From assembly GCA_043228905.1 (NCBI GenBank), contig JBHGNT010000001.1, positions 29,760,001 to 29,824,000 of the forward strand: 64,000 bases of DNA, written 5' to 3'. The position numbers were made by a program, and so were the translations under genes. This DNA comes from Azolla caroliniana (lineage: Eukaryota; Plantae; Polypodiophyta). Below the pieces are notes generated by a model. The model did no database searches. It had not been told where the DNA came from and worked only from the letters and a program-made list of their open reading frames with translations. Shown here piece by piece: positions 24,608-38,328 of this stretch. The stretch's first letter is position 1, and the number at the start of each line of letters is the position of its first letter.

Positions 24608-26789
24608 AATTCACCAAAACCTTTAGCAACTTAACTCTAATTTTGCACATGAAATTCTTCGAACACTATATATTTTTTAGCTAGAATAACCCTCCTCTAA
24701 TAAGCTCCTCCCATGGTTTGAGAACATTGAAAATATGCAGGGATTTTGTAGGATATTAGGTATGTTATAGTCGATTTCTAGTTTTGTTTTAGAATGCATT
24801 ATTTTCCCAAGTAGATTAGGTCTTGCTTCAACAATATATATTGTCACATTATGTTTTGTGACTCTCATATGATGTTGGTGTGAAAGGGGATCTCTAGGGT
24901 TGGGTTATCTTGTTTGACAAGGACATGATGTGTTTGATTAACTATATTGATTGCATGCTACAAAAGCCATGCCTGTAGCATATTAAGGGTTGTCTTTATT
25001 TAGGCTACAATGTGGGATGTCATTTCGGTAATGTTGTTATGGTGTATACATATATTGATTGTCAATAGCACAATTTTGAATGGTAAGTGCCCTACATATG
25101 TATTATATATAAGAGATTCCGATTCACGTTGATCTTGCATCCTAACCGCCCTCAACTTTTTTGTCAATTGCCAAAAAACACTTATACGCCTCCTTTAGTT
25201 TCATTGTTTACAAACAATAGTCTACCAATGTACCACTTTTCACAAATTTCACCTGTTTGTGCACCTTAATCTATCTTAGAACACAAAAGGTCATTGTAGT
25301 TTTGTGGATATCCAATTTGCGGAAAACGCATGATGTGCTACTTTGGCTCTTAAATTAATATTTTGGCCCATGCCATCCATGGAGTGTTTTTGCATGCCAA
25401 AACATGGATGGACTGGACCATGAATTCTACTTGCTTAGTATGTTTGGTTGTTTAGGCTAATTAACAGTAATAACTTAGCCTATATACGAGTGGAAACGAA
25501 AGAGAACAAAGATGTACAACCTATGGGCACAACCTCTTGGAGTGCATGAGCCAAATGTTTTTAAGTAGTACAAGCGTATCAATGATGTGCATAGCTTGAT
25601 CTGATGATTGCATCAATGTATTGATGAGTTATGAAGTAACAAATATTAGGTAGGAAGGAGGATGGACTAGATCTAAATCACATTGCGTGTTAAAATGCAA
25701 CATGGGAACCATTGCCTTTGCATGTCATCGAGGACTAAAACTTTAACACTCATATACAAGCTCAAAGAAATGTTTATACATGGCATAATAAACTTTTGAC
25801 ACACAAAAGCTTATAGTCTCATAATATTAGCTCATTGAAAATTGGAAATAATATACAAACACATAGTGGTGAAAGTCGTGCTTTGCACATGTAATGGTTG
25901 GTGGAAGTCTCAAGCAATCAATCTAAGGTTGCGGTCATCATAAAAAGTACCCATAGGTTTTAGTTGGAGACCATCAACAACAATCATTTGTTCCTAATAG
26001 AAAAAGGACCTTACAACTAACAATCGACGACAGTTCGGTTCGGTTCAAGAGCATCAAACTCAAAATGTTTAAACAAAAATTGAAACTTAAATTGAATGGA
26101 GCGGAACCACAAACCATTTAAACCAAAACCATTCAAGCTGAATTATTACCAAAACCATTCAAGCTGAACCCTAAAACCACAGTTTCGTGGTTTGGTCTTG
26201 GTTTTCAAGATAGGTCAAAATTCAAATATATAATTTTCAAGATTTTAAAATTTAAAGGTTCTTCCTAAAGCAGTGGTTTTGTGGTTTGGTTCAATTCCGT
26301 CACCAATTGCTACTTACAACAACAACAATATGGGATGGCGACCTTGGATGTGAGTGGCAAGCCCAGACCCAAACACAAACACAAACACAAGACAAACACA
26401 AGATTTGGTATATGACCATGGACATAAACAAGGGTTGAGCAAAGCAACCCAAATCGCGAGGCGAACAAGATGGTGTGTGTGAATGGCGAGACCCGGGTTT
26501 GGCAAGTTGGATGAGGCCCAACACACGGCAATTATCGAAACATCACAATGTGTTGGATGAACGGGCGGACAACGCGGATGGCCATCTGTGGGCATGGCCA
26601 ATCAGCAACTAGGTACGGGCGGAGAACGTGGATGGCCGGCTGGCCGGCCATCCGTGGGGGTGGTCAATCAGCAACTATATAGGTAGCTATTGCTCTGCTC
26701 TGCTCTGCTCTCTCTCTCTCTCTCTCTGTGCTAGTGGGAGTCATGTCATGACTTCCCTTTTGCTTCCAGACATGGCATGACATGGCTTT

Positions 26790-26791
26790 TC

Positions 26792-26840
<49 letters not shown>

Positions 26841-27057
26841 GTAGTCTTTCTTCTTTTGCTCTGTTTTTTGCATGCTCTTCATCGATGATCGTGGCCTCCT
26901 CTGTTCCTTCCTCTGCACTCTTAACAATCTCTGCTGGAACTGCACACACTCCTTCCAATCAGCAGCAGCACAGGTAGACCCTACTATCCCCACCATATCA
27001 AAAAAGTCACGAGGCACAGAGACAGAGACAGAGACAGAGACAGAGACAGAGACAGAG
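26790..27057. repeat. (CAT)n and (GAGACA)n microsatellites in the remorin 5' region
   Basis: catcatcat... at ~26790-26839; gagacagagaca... at ~27017-27057. Confidence 0.9.
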
Positions 27058-27384
27058 GGATGATGATGTTCTTGATGAAAAATGTAGCATTCACGTCCCC
27101 TAAAATGATAGAGAAAATGGAAGGTAATACTAACGCCTGCAAAAAGCCACGACTGTCTCCTCAAGAGAGCGAAGCTACAACCATCTTTTTGGTACACCAT
27201 ACATGTTTGAGACAGGAGCTATAGACGAAGAAGAAGAAAGAAAAGAAAAGGAGTTGGTAAAAAAAACAAAACCCAGCGAGGTAAGAAAAGGAAGGTTGGA
27301 CTCCCTTCAGATTCTGCTCGCTTCTTTACAAGACCTTTGTCATTCACAATCACATTTGCTGCTTTTCAAACCTCAGAAAACCAA

Positions 27385-29619
27385 ATGGATGTCTCTCTCT
27401 CTGGAGTATCAATGGAGAAAGCTGCATCTTTGAAGGTCGAGGAAATGGTAAACCTCTTTGAAAAAATGGATGGGAAGCCAAGCCGAGAGGTGCATCAAAT
27501 CTCGATGGACAGGATTGGATCTCCTGCCAACACAGAAGATTCGCGAGCATTGGTATCTATCCCACAATCGAGTATGCTGTCACTTCCATCTCTCTTTTGT
27601 CTAAAGGGGAGCATGCTATCTATCCAACGCAGACATAGCTATACTTAAATTTAGACATTCTTATGCTTGACACTGTCATGGTACTGTGTACATGCTATAC
27701 TGAATATCTATTCAACAACTGATTATGTCATCATTTTGATGTCTGATTTGTCTTAAAGATCATTCTATCCATCTAGCTTAGATGAAGGTATACCTAAATA
27801 CCTACTTATGCTTGACACTGTCACGGTACTAATCAGACACTGTGGTTGAATCTAGAAACTACTGTATTCGATTTCCCGTTTTGATGGAGTGATTGTGTAA
27901 AACTCAATCTTTAATGATGTGAGAGAGGGGTTTCTCCTGAACCATGATGGTTATACTGCTTATGTTTGTGACTGCTTTAGAATAGTAGAATATTGTGCTT
28001 ATGCTTCTGATTGCTTTTAGAACTTGCTTGATTAATTCCTTCATGAGTTTTACATAATTGATAATGGTAATAAATGAACATTAACGAATAAACCTGCACA
28101 TAGACTGGTAATAAACCTTCATGATAAGATGAAGTTCACACTATTAATAGTTTCTTTCCAATACATGGTGATCATAGTTCTAATGCTATGGTTCACATGA
28201 GTGACCAATGTTTGTTCACGCATCTGTAAATATGACATCTACCTTTTGTGCTTGTTTATACCATCCTAACCTACAAGTCCATCGATATAATGCATTTAAA
28301 TCACACAATTTGTTTCCTCTTGTAGCAGACAAGCTTCAAAAAGATTCGGACAAGCGTCAAAGAGATATTGACAAGGTCCAGAGAGATTCTGAGAGGGAAG
28401 GATCTCCATACAATACCTCTATGAGTGGAAGCTCGTTAAACAAAGGTCTCTTTCTCTATCTTTCTCACATTTGCGTGCATGCATTTAGAATGTTTTAATT
28501 CATGCCATCGTTCTAATTTCTAGTAACATGTAATACGAATGGAAAAGATAAAGGTTGGAGGCATATGACAAGTGCCATTAAACACATGCTAGCATTTCTG
28601 TCTATGCCTGGTTTACAATTTATTTAATTGAATGCACAAATGGTTTCTACTTGACAGATGTTGAGATGGCCAAAATAAAAAAAGAAAAGATTCTTTCATT
28701 AATAGAAGCATGGGAAGAAAGCAAGAAAAAGAGGTCCCTTTACAGGTAACCAGTGATTGCCTTTGTCTGAGAGATGAATTATTTCATAATACATGCCTTG
28801 GAAGTTTTACTTTTAAAATTTTCGTTTTTGAAATGGTGTATGATTGTGCATCCTTTGGACATACACACGCTTTTAAGAAGAGACATGATGAATATTGGGT
28901 TACTTCTACCTTTTTTGTGTCGCGTTCACATTGTATTATCTGAATAGCAATTGGGTTCAGTAGAAAAAGGAAAACAAAACGCTTTTATTGGGTTGATTTC
29001 TGTTTTTGGGATGGTTTTTCCTGGAATCATAATTCTTCTAGAGCTGGTGTTCCATCTTATTAGTGAGCTTTTATCCTATGTTGAATTTAATTGACCTTGA
29101 ATATTATCCTTCGAGTACTGTACATGCAAATGATGAGACTAAAAGATTGGGATGAACGTACGTAATATGGAACAGATATAACAAAACAATGGCAAAATTG
29201 GATGCGTGGGAGCTGGGCAAGATAGCAAGGGCGCAAGCAAGTTTGAGAACATTTGAGGTTAATAGATTTGAATTATGCACTCAAATTTTGATTTCTTGGT
29301 CAAAAAGTTGTTTTCTGATGGGATTATGTCTCTATATGGTTGGGGGGAGATGTTTAATGCTAACCCTTCCATTAGCCAGTCCTTGTCATTATGAAAGTTT
29401 TTAAAGTCACTTTGTCAGCAGGAGAGGCTGGAAAACAAACGAGCTACTTGTGTGGAGAAAACCAGTAACAAGATCGCTGTAGTTCAGAAGATTGCAGAGG
29501 AAAAGAGAGCCCTTGCTGAAGCATGCCATGGGCATGAAGTGCTGAAAGTTGAAGAAACCGCAGCCAAATGCCGAGCTTCTGGCCTCCGGCCTGGGAGTAG
29601 TTTTCTCACTTGGCGTTAG
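27385..29619 (+). CDS. Remorin-family protein, 5 coding exons
   Basis: Spliced C-terminus KILSLIEAWEESKKKRSLYR|YNKTMAKLDAWELGKIARAQASLRTFE|QERLENKRATCVEKTSNKIAVVQKIAEEKRALAEA...KVEETAAKCRASG...* matches the Remorin_C coiled-coil pattern. Confidence 0.88.
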
Positions 29620-32065
29620 TTGATTCAATAACCTGGTCCCTTGTCCTGTGGACCTCTTGGAATTTGAGCCCTTGTTTTCTTATTTATTTTGGTTCTTTAC
29701 ATTCATCATGCCTAAGGAGAAAACTCAATTGCCTATCATAGGCACCAATGGGAAACAAAAAAATAAAAGCTGATCAGTCTGAGAATATTGTATTTTCAAT
29801 TATTAATTTTACCCATGATTTTTGTATGTCCCAGAATTTGTTATACATCTAAAGGAAAACTTGTAGTTTGGGAATCTACAGCTTGGAGTTTTCGCAGTTC
29901 CAGTTGCATGCTATTATTTGAAGAAATTTCCTATGTTGCAAATTTCAAAGACATTAGATGAAGTGGTTTGGAGTCTTTTCTTTGCTTCAAGTTACAAAAC
30001 ACATTGCTGATGTTGGCCTTCTGTATGAGAGGATGTGTTAAGCACAAGTAGTTGGTATCTAATTCAAAAGTTGGCATGTTTAAAGTCTTACATGTTACAG
30101 GGTCGTGTGCATTGATGTTGTATATGACTCTAAAAATGTAAAACAATAAGAAAGTAGAATGTTTTTAGATTTGTGTTCAACAAGATCCACTGCCAATCTA
30201 TAGTGGCCATTTCTAAGAACGTTGTGTATCCAAACTGAAATAAGGTAGCATAATCAATGTCAATCTAAATCTAATTTCAAGGTCTGATCATGGGCAGAAA
30301 ATTGAAGAGACGATTTTGTGTTCCTCGTCTCTGCCGTATTTGGCGCTTCAGTTCTGTCTCTTCTTGATAGGCAGGGAGTTCCATTGATTAACGCATACCA
30401 TGATTCTTTCACATACAGGCAGGCAGTAGTGCGGTCCCCACCTCTCTTTTACTCTCTCATCACAAAAAGTAGTAGAGTCCTGACATTCCTTTCAGTAAAA
30501 CATGTTTGGGCAGTCAATTGCCTGCTGTAGTGAAATCGCAGTGGTTCCTGCTGAAAAGTGTAAAACTTACATTCATGAGATGAGAACTTCTGGAAGATAA
30601 GCACGAAAATGTCAAGAAAAATAAACTCCTTCCTTTTGGCAAAAAAATTAAGATCAAGGAAAAATAAAATTCTTTATATTAATATTTTTAATTTGATGGT
30701 GTAATGTATAAAGAGTCTTCTTGCCTACTTATTATTTGCTGCACTAGAGACACATGTAGACATGCAAAGAAGTTTAAAATGTTTAAATCCCACTACACTT
30801 TAGTGTTTCTTTTATTAATCTCAATTGCTTCAGTTTCACTTGGCTTAAGATGCTTTCTTGCGTTCTTTTGGGCTGTAATTATTCACCCATCCTTAACTGC
30901 ATCTTTATAGAATTGCATAGTGAACCAATTTGTTTATTGATAGAATTGCGTACTGAACCAATAAATCAGGCACCTTTCTACAACATGACTTGTAGGTCAA
31001 CAGAGAAATTACCCAGCCATCTAGATGTTACAACAAGACAAATAACAAAGGATCAGCATGAAACCAAATCAAAACCCTAATCCAAATTCAATCATTAATG
31101 TTGACAGCTTCAGATCTGCACTGTCAATGTTTTCAAAGTGTCACCAAATTTTAGTTTCAGTTTTATAAATAACCTATATTGCATGGTTCCAATTAACTCA
31201 TCTTGCCAATTTATGCAGAAATAGAGATAAACCACAATACGTAATGCGAATAGATGGTTCCATATTATCAGGCATTCAAGAACCTTATTTTTGGGGGTTA
31301 TTGGATTGGTATTTGCCTCTGTTATCACTCACTTTATAGAATGTAGGATGATGACTGGATAAAGTTAAGAAATCCATCTACTATAGCATAGACAAGTAAG
31401 AAGAATTTAGATGCCATCATCACATACATCAATATTACCCTCACATATTTACATCTTCGCAGTCACCATCACATGCATGTGGGACCTGCATCAGGTTCCA
31501 AGTCCAACGCTTAAGACGCTTCTAAGTTTCCTTTAACAGAGTTTCAGTAAGATTCATTGAGTTTTCACCTGTCTGCAAAAGTTACCATTACTTGGTTCAA
31601 GCTAGAGAAAGTCAAAAGAATCCTTTCTTTTCTTCCTACTTCAAGAGGAGCATGAGATGATTGTTCTCTCTTCTTTACCTTCAAACATTTCACTATCATA
31701 TGTAGTACTTCCATATACTTACATAGCAAAGATGATGTTCCAGCAATTGATAATAATGTATGAACCTTCCCTCAAAACTTCTAAGGTAGTCGTACAACCA
31801 AAATTGTATAAATTTCATATATATTTTCACTATTAATAATCTCTCAAGAAACATTAGCTCCACAAGTATGTTAAACAGTTCCAGATGAACTCAACAAGCA
31901 TGATAATTGCTAAAGAATAATCATACTCAGGTCTTAAAGGTTTTGTGGGGGGGGGGGGGCGCCCAATCTTAATAAATAACAAAATTGTTATATGCGTATT
32001 TAATAAGCGGCCATCAAGACAACCCATTCTCGCAGTTAAAGATTCATTTTTCCTACTTTGCTTGC

Positions 32066-35000
32066 CTAGTAGAAAATGGCTGGATCAGGTGGAGGACCAA
32101 AAACAGACCTCCATGAATGTGGTACAGCCCATTTAACTGGTACATACCCTACATCACAAGAGGAAATTTTATAAGTTTGAGAAGACTGCATATTAGTCTT
32201 GAGATAGTGTTTGTGCCACTTGTTTTCTATGAGAAGTCATTATATACCATCAGTTTTTGTTCGAGAAAGGAAACTTTGCAGAGCTTCCGCTAGTAGAAAA
32301 GCATCTTGAATGTTATCACCTTCTGAGCAGAAATATAGAATGCATAACACATCCAAGCCTTTAGCCTGGGAATGTAAAGAGATCATCATTTAGTTTTAGC
32401 CTGGATATATGAACACATGGTGAATATCTTCTATTAGCTTATGGGCCTACTCTAGCCTTTAGTAGCACCTAATGACGTTGTACTTTTTTGAAGCCCTTCC
32501 ATTCATATAAAGAATAAAAATACAGTCAAAAGAATAAATACATTATGATCTAAACATTTCATTTGATTTAAGAAACGTAGTATTATAATACCTTGCAGCA
32601 AGAGAACAACGATGCAAATGGTAGACTAGGATAATACATTTCATCAGTTAATTGTATCTCACGTGATTCAAGATCTTCCTCAATCTCACCGCAGGAATAT
32701 GACTCTAACAATTTCCATTCCTGTGTCAAGGGTAGAAACTGCTCCAGTTTTCTCCATCCAAGCCCTTCACATCTTTCATCTGTGCCATCAGGATTGGCCG
32801 TGGAGATGTACCTTATTGGTGAGCTGAAAATCACAGTACAAAAATGGAATTACAAACACAGAAAAAATGAATATTTCTGACAAATTCAGCACCAATAGCC
32901 ATCTTGAAGAATAACTGCATCTCTTCTCTTTACAAAGAAGGAAATTCCGCCTAACTGGAAACTTTAAAAAAAAACATATGTTTGCTGATTGCCACCATAG
33001 GAAAATGGCTAATTCTGCAGCTAGTTACAGAAAACTGTACATGAATCCATCCATACAAATACAAATATATGAAAATTTTAAGGGTAAGAGATACATACCT
33101 TCCAACATCCTGCATAGGGCGCTTGCCTGCATCCACACCTGAAAGTATGATTACTTCTTTTGTATTATTGGTAGTAGTCCATGCAGCGAGGTTTTTTGCA
33201 AATTTCAACATAGTGCCCTGTTTTTCAAAGCAATCTCAGGAGTTACAGAACCAGCATAGTCCAACTCCTAATGCACTAAACACCAATGTGTCCTTAGACA
33301 CAGACAAACAAGCAAACACAAGCTGAATATTTTCTAATGTCAAAATATTTTCTCAAAGGGCATAATCATGCCAGCCTTTACAAAAAACGAGAAGATGGCC
33401 TTTCTGGGGTAGAATATACGCCATTATTTAGAAAGCTTTCCCACATGTGAGGCCATGATTGGATAGTTAAGGATGCACGAAATTCTCGATCAAAATTGAA
33501 CAAAGCAAGAATAACTCCAGCCATGTTTCCAAACACACATATAATTAATTTAATATCTCCATTAGGTGGACATGACATTCTTTTTTCAGCAAGGCATCCA
33601 ACACCGAACTCATGGCAACAAATTAATTTGATCAGGTTCACGATACAAGAAAATATCAAAGTTTAAATTTTAGGTCAAATAAAGGATTTCAAAGCATGGA
33701 TTGTGATGCTCACAAAATCCTCATACACCAGCCAAATTAGCCAGCATATGCATATTCAATTGAAGAACACATGAAATAATAAAGCCATTACCAAACGAAA
33801 ATCCCATATTCAATAATAGCACATTTTGTTCATACCCTCAACAAGAAATAAATGCAAACACAAAGTTGTATATTTTCAAAGACCGCATAATCTCTTTCTC
33901 TTTTGTAAATGTTTGCAAGAGGGAATGGAAGATGAAGCGCCTACCCCCTACATTTGTAGAGTGGTTTCAAAGCTGCATGTGCATCATTAAGAACATGTGG
34001 TTATCAAGGCCTACTCTAGTTGGGAAGTTTCTGTCATCACACCAAGCATAAATCATAGTGATAACTGGGGTTACAGATTTGCATATATAGTTGGAAAAAT
34101 CAAAGACTATAATATAAAAAAAGAAAAAATGGCATACCTTAATTACAGGAGCTCGTTGCTGAATGATCTTCAAATCATTGTTGGCTTCATAGACTGGAGA
34201 CTCAGTTAAGTTAATATAGGATTTATTCTAATCCCTCTCTCTCTGTCTCTCTGTCTCTCTCTCTTTATATTGCATTTTACGGCTTGTTGTTACGTTTAGG
34301 GTTTCCTCTTGCTGCATTTTAGTGGTTTCATTCAGACTGAGTTTTAAAGGTCTTCTCATTCCAATGCAAATTTAAGAATCTTCTCATCCTGAGGTCCAAG
34401 ACAAAATCTAAGGCAAGGATTCTCATTCAAAGGAAAATAAAATATTTTCGCATTCTAGACAAATGAAATTGAATCTCGTAAGTTTTTCTCATTCCAATGC
34501 AAAACCAAAGATTTTTTTCATTCAAAGGCAATATCAAGGAATTTTCTCATTCAAAGAGAAAATGAATGATTTTTCTCATTCTAATGCAAACTCAAAGATT
34601 TCTCACATTAAAATGTAATATCAATGATTGTCTCAGTCTAATGCAATGAGTTTGACATAAACCAAAGAGATAGGAAAAATAGAGTAATAAATATTTACCT
34701 TCGAGAGCAACTGCGAGTTCTCCATTGTTCATATCATGGAAGGGGTCATTCCCAACACAAGGTAAGACGTGAGGGTCATCAAGATAGCCCACTTTTTGTG
34801 ATTTCCAGGATGCAATTATAAGATCCGATGCCAATTGACCTACGTTTCCAATAGAAAGCGCTGGCTGTGTAGAGAAAAAACAAGAACGAAGACTTGAGGT
34901 TTTGGATTTTATAGTTTTTTATTTGCTTTCTAGGGATTATGATCAGGATTGATGCTTAATATTTAAAAACGTTTTCTTGGTTACAGTTAAAGTTAAAATG

Positions 35001-35248
35001 ATCTAGGATTTAGGATTTGTAATTTAGGAAATAGGATTTAGAAGAATAAGCTAGGGTCTAGGATTTTAAAAGGTTTTACACAATGCATGCTTTTTAGGTA
35101 CTGTTTTAAGGTTTAGAAGTTGAGGCTTGATAAATCTTCCATGCTCCAACGTAAATGAGTTCAACTGGCTGCTTACCAGCAAAAGCGTAACAGGGGATGA
35201 TGCTGCCTTTGACTTGCAATCTTCAGCCGAGCAAGGAAAGTACTCCAT
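32066..35248 (-). CDS. PAC2: Proteasome assembly chaperone 2 (PAC2/PSMG2), multi-exon
   Basis: MEYFPC...TLLL|PALSIGNVGQLASDL...VLPCVGNDP...|IIQQRAPVIK|...VIILSGVDA...|SLPFASLFSCCK|...YFCSEGDNIQDAFLLA|...KWAVPHSWRSVFGPPPDPAIFY*. Confidence 0.92.
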
Positions 35249-35543
35249 TATTTCTTGAACGGACGACAGAGCTGCTTTCAGCTTCCGCAATAATCTTTCA
35301 GTAAGTTACAATTGTGAGTTCATGACGGTTTCACAGTTATTGTCCACAGCAACAAGTCGGATGTCCGACGTTAGCCAGCAATTACAAGCCAAGCCATCGA
35401 CACCATCATGCCCAAAATGGAAATGGCTCCATTTCTACACATCATCGAAAAGGACCTTATGTTTATAATCAACCAACCATTATGATATGAGACAAGGCAG
35501 ACAAACTTAATGTCCTCGTCCCCAACAAAATCCTTAAACATTG

Positions 35544-37651
35544 TGTTTTCTCGTACAAATAAAAAAAACTTGAATTCTGCAAAATAGCCATATACAACAC
35601 ACAGAACGGGGCAGGAACCAAGCATCAAAGACAGAACAAGGTGCTCTTTGAAACCTATACAAACCCATATAGCTTGAAACTTCCCTGCATATAAGCTCAC
35701 ATCCCCATCACATCATTCTCGTTTCCAATTTAAAACTGTGATTTGCATCCATGACAAAATGGAGAAAAGGAAAGTTCGCATAAATTGCGGCCATCCACAC
35801 TACTCTTAAGCCTCACTTTTTCTCAATCTGGTGACAAACCGCATTCCTCCCTCACACTGGCGCTTGATAAAACTTTTAAACCTAGCCTCAGCTTCCAGGA
35901 ATAGATTGATTGTTTAAACGGTGCAAATATGTGCTTTCTAAAAAGGGTTCAAGATTACAGCTGCAAAAATACAATCCATCTCCTAGGTACCATTCAACTT
36001 CATAACTAATATCTAAAGTCTAAAAATAAAATAAAGGCTTTTCATATAAAGATGGAGCCAGTTTAGTTGAGTCAAGGTTGGGTTACTAATCACGATTACT
36101 CAATAGTGGCAACAAATGAAACACTCCAACACCCACATACATAATGCTGCCAAAATGCACACAGAAAGTTTTAGAACACCCAAACTTTGTTAACAACAAC
36201 TCTTTAAGAGATAATATATAGTTTACGAAGTGCTAATTTGAACATTATTAAAATTAAGAAAAGATGAATTCATATACTGTCGAAAAACATCTCACACTCC
36301 TATTCTAATCAACCATTTATATGGTTGTTTTCAAAGGTTTTTACGTGATTTCTTTCACATTGTCAATTAACCCTCTTTCTTTTTCTAAATAGTTTCTAAA
36401 TGTTATGCTTGTAAGGAAGTTTTGAACGTAATATGTCACTCTTGGGCATAATGTATTGTTCAAATGTACTCCAGAAACTGTCTATTAAGCTCCTCAACTA
36501 TATTCATGATATAACACAACACCAACCATTTTCTTCTTTATGACCACATGAAACAAGTTGCAAATTTTATGTGAAGTTAAACTGAACCAAAATACAGAAT
36601 GTATTTAACTTAAACCTAAGAATGTTTCCTTCCATTTTTCACTATGAAGGAGAAAAGAAGAATGAATTATCTGAACAAGAAATCACCTTTATTGAAGAAA
36701 GAACATAAGTTTCTTTGAAACAAGATGATGAAAGATGGGTATTTTAGGCTAAAAAGAACACGTGAAAAGCACGAGAGAACAGGATACGCAGAAACGAAAT
36801 GATGCACAATGAATGAAATTTAATATTTTAAAGGAGACGGGATCGAGAACGAACAGAAACAGGTATATATACATTGGTTGAAGCGATCCGTGAGGGCGAG
36901 CATGAACAAGAGCAGGAAACAGACCGACAGAGAGAGGGAAACAAGGATTCTCTGCGTACTGACCTTGACGTTGACGTGTGTGTCGGGAGGAGTGAAGGCG
37001 GTGGTGGTGCAGAAGAGGGCAGAGCTGGAAATCGCGCCGAACCCTAACATATATCTGTGTGTATGTGTGTGTGTGTGTGTGTGTGTATGTACATAGAAGA
37101 TGATGGAGTTATAGAATCATATATCATATACTATCAAAACATGAAAGCATTACACTACCATATGTGTATATCCAATTGTGTTGCAATCCCCGTTATCGTA
37201 AAAATTTGAACAATGTCTCCAACTCGTCATTTAGAACATTTTGAACATCTAAGGAAAATATACCCATTGTTGAGGCCTCGAATAACAATGGGTTAAAACT
37301 TGCCGAATATCTTATAAGTGCTTCCAAATGATATGTGCTATAGGACGTTTAATGAGTCTATGTGTATTGTCCTCCAACAAAATGGTGCAAAAGAAGCGCT
37401 ACTTGACCCTAGTCCTTGTCTCTTTAAGATTGAACCTAATGGTAGTCAACCAATCATGACTCAACTCTCCGGAGTCCGTATGATTACCTTTGGATGAAAT
37501 GAGAAATGGGAATGCAAACCACATTGCAATACAATGATAAACCAAGATATTGATGTCATTGCATGGTGATACAATATATATTGTAGTGACCTATAACAAG
37601 CATGTACCATCCCGTAACCGCCTATCCACCCAAGGCACAACATTTGTTTCC
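35544..37651. repeat. Segmental duplication copy B, uninterrupted; contains the putative PAC2 promoter, first non-coding exon (~37045-36964) and part of intron 1
   Basis: Collinear with 11104-12820 plus 20366-20986, with the same donor CAAG|GTCAGT at 36964/36963. Confidence 0.95.
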
Positions 37652-38328
37652 GTTTGCTTCATAATAATTAACTGTCAATGTCCTGTCTAATCAAACTTGT
37701 TGTTCACGTGGAAATCATGAGCTTTCAAGGCATTTGTATCGATCACATGTTTTGATATGAATCAAAACATCAACCGTATGGATCAATATAGCAAAAGCCA
37801 CTTCCAAGAAGATGTTGTGTGAAATAACTTGGATGTCTAGATATTACACTCTAAATCCCCTTGGAAGAGGATCTGCGGCTAAATAAAATGTAATAAACAA
37901 GCAACAAAACTTCATTTTACCATTCTTCACAATGTCACACACCCACACCTATTACAAAGATCAGTCTGTCAAGCTGCTTCAGAAGCCTCAAAGATAGAGC
38001 AGCTTAAATTTACTCGGACTTTACCTGTCACTGGTAATATTCTCTTAAATACATATATATGATTATTATGATGCTTCTTAGAAATTAAAAGTCTGTTGTG
38101 ATATTACATCAATCAGATTGTAAACCTGTTTATACTCTTTACAGCTGTTCAGGCTAGCATTTTTGCTGTAGTGCACACAAACGATGTATCTAGCAAGAAT
38201 CACAGCTCACCTTCCCTGGGTCCATCCATAATGCTCTCTGATTTCAGACTCACAGATCATGAGGTGGATGCATGGTTATAATATATAAGGCAAAAGAGAA
38301 AGCATCTTCAAGCTGTATGATATTGGGT

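Noticed and set aside
26030-26300. Possible MITE with aaacc/ggttt-rich ends
   Set aside because: I could not define matching TIRs or a TSD.
26746-26977. Poly-Met and poly-Ile ORFs
   Set aside because: Products of the (CAT)n microsatellite.
34340-34620. Degenerate ttctcattc(c/a)aa repeats in a PAC2 intron
   Set aside because: Ordinary intronic minisatellite with no further structure seen.
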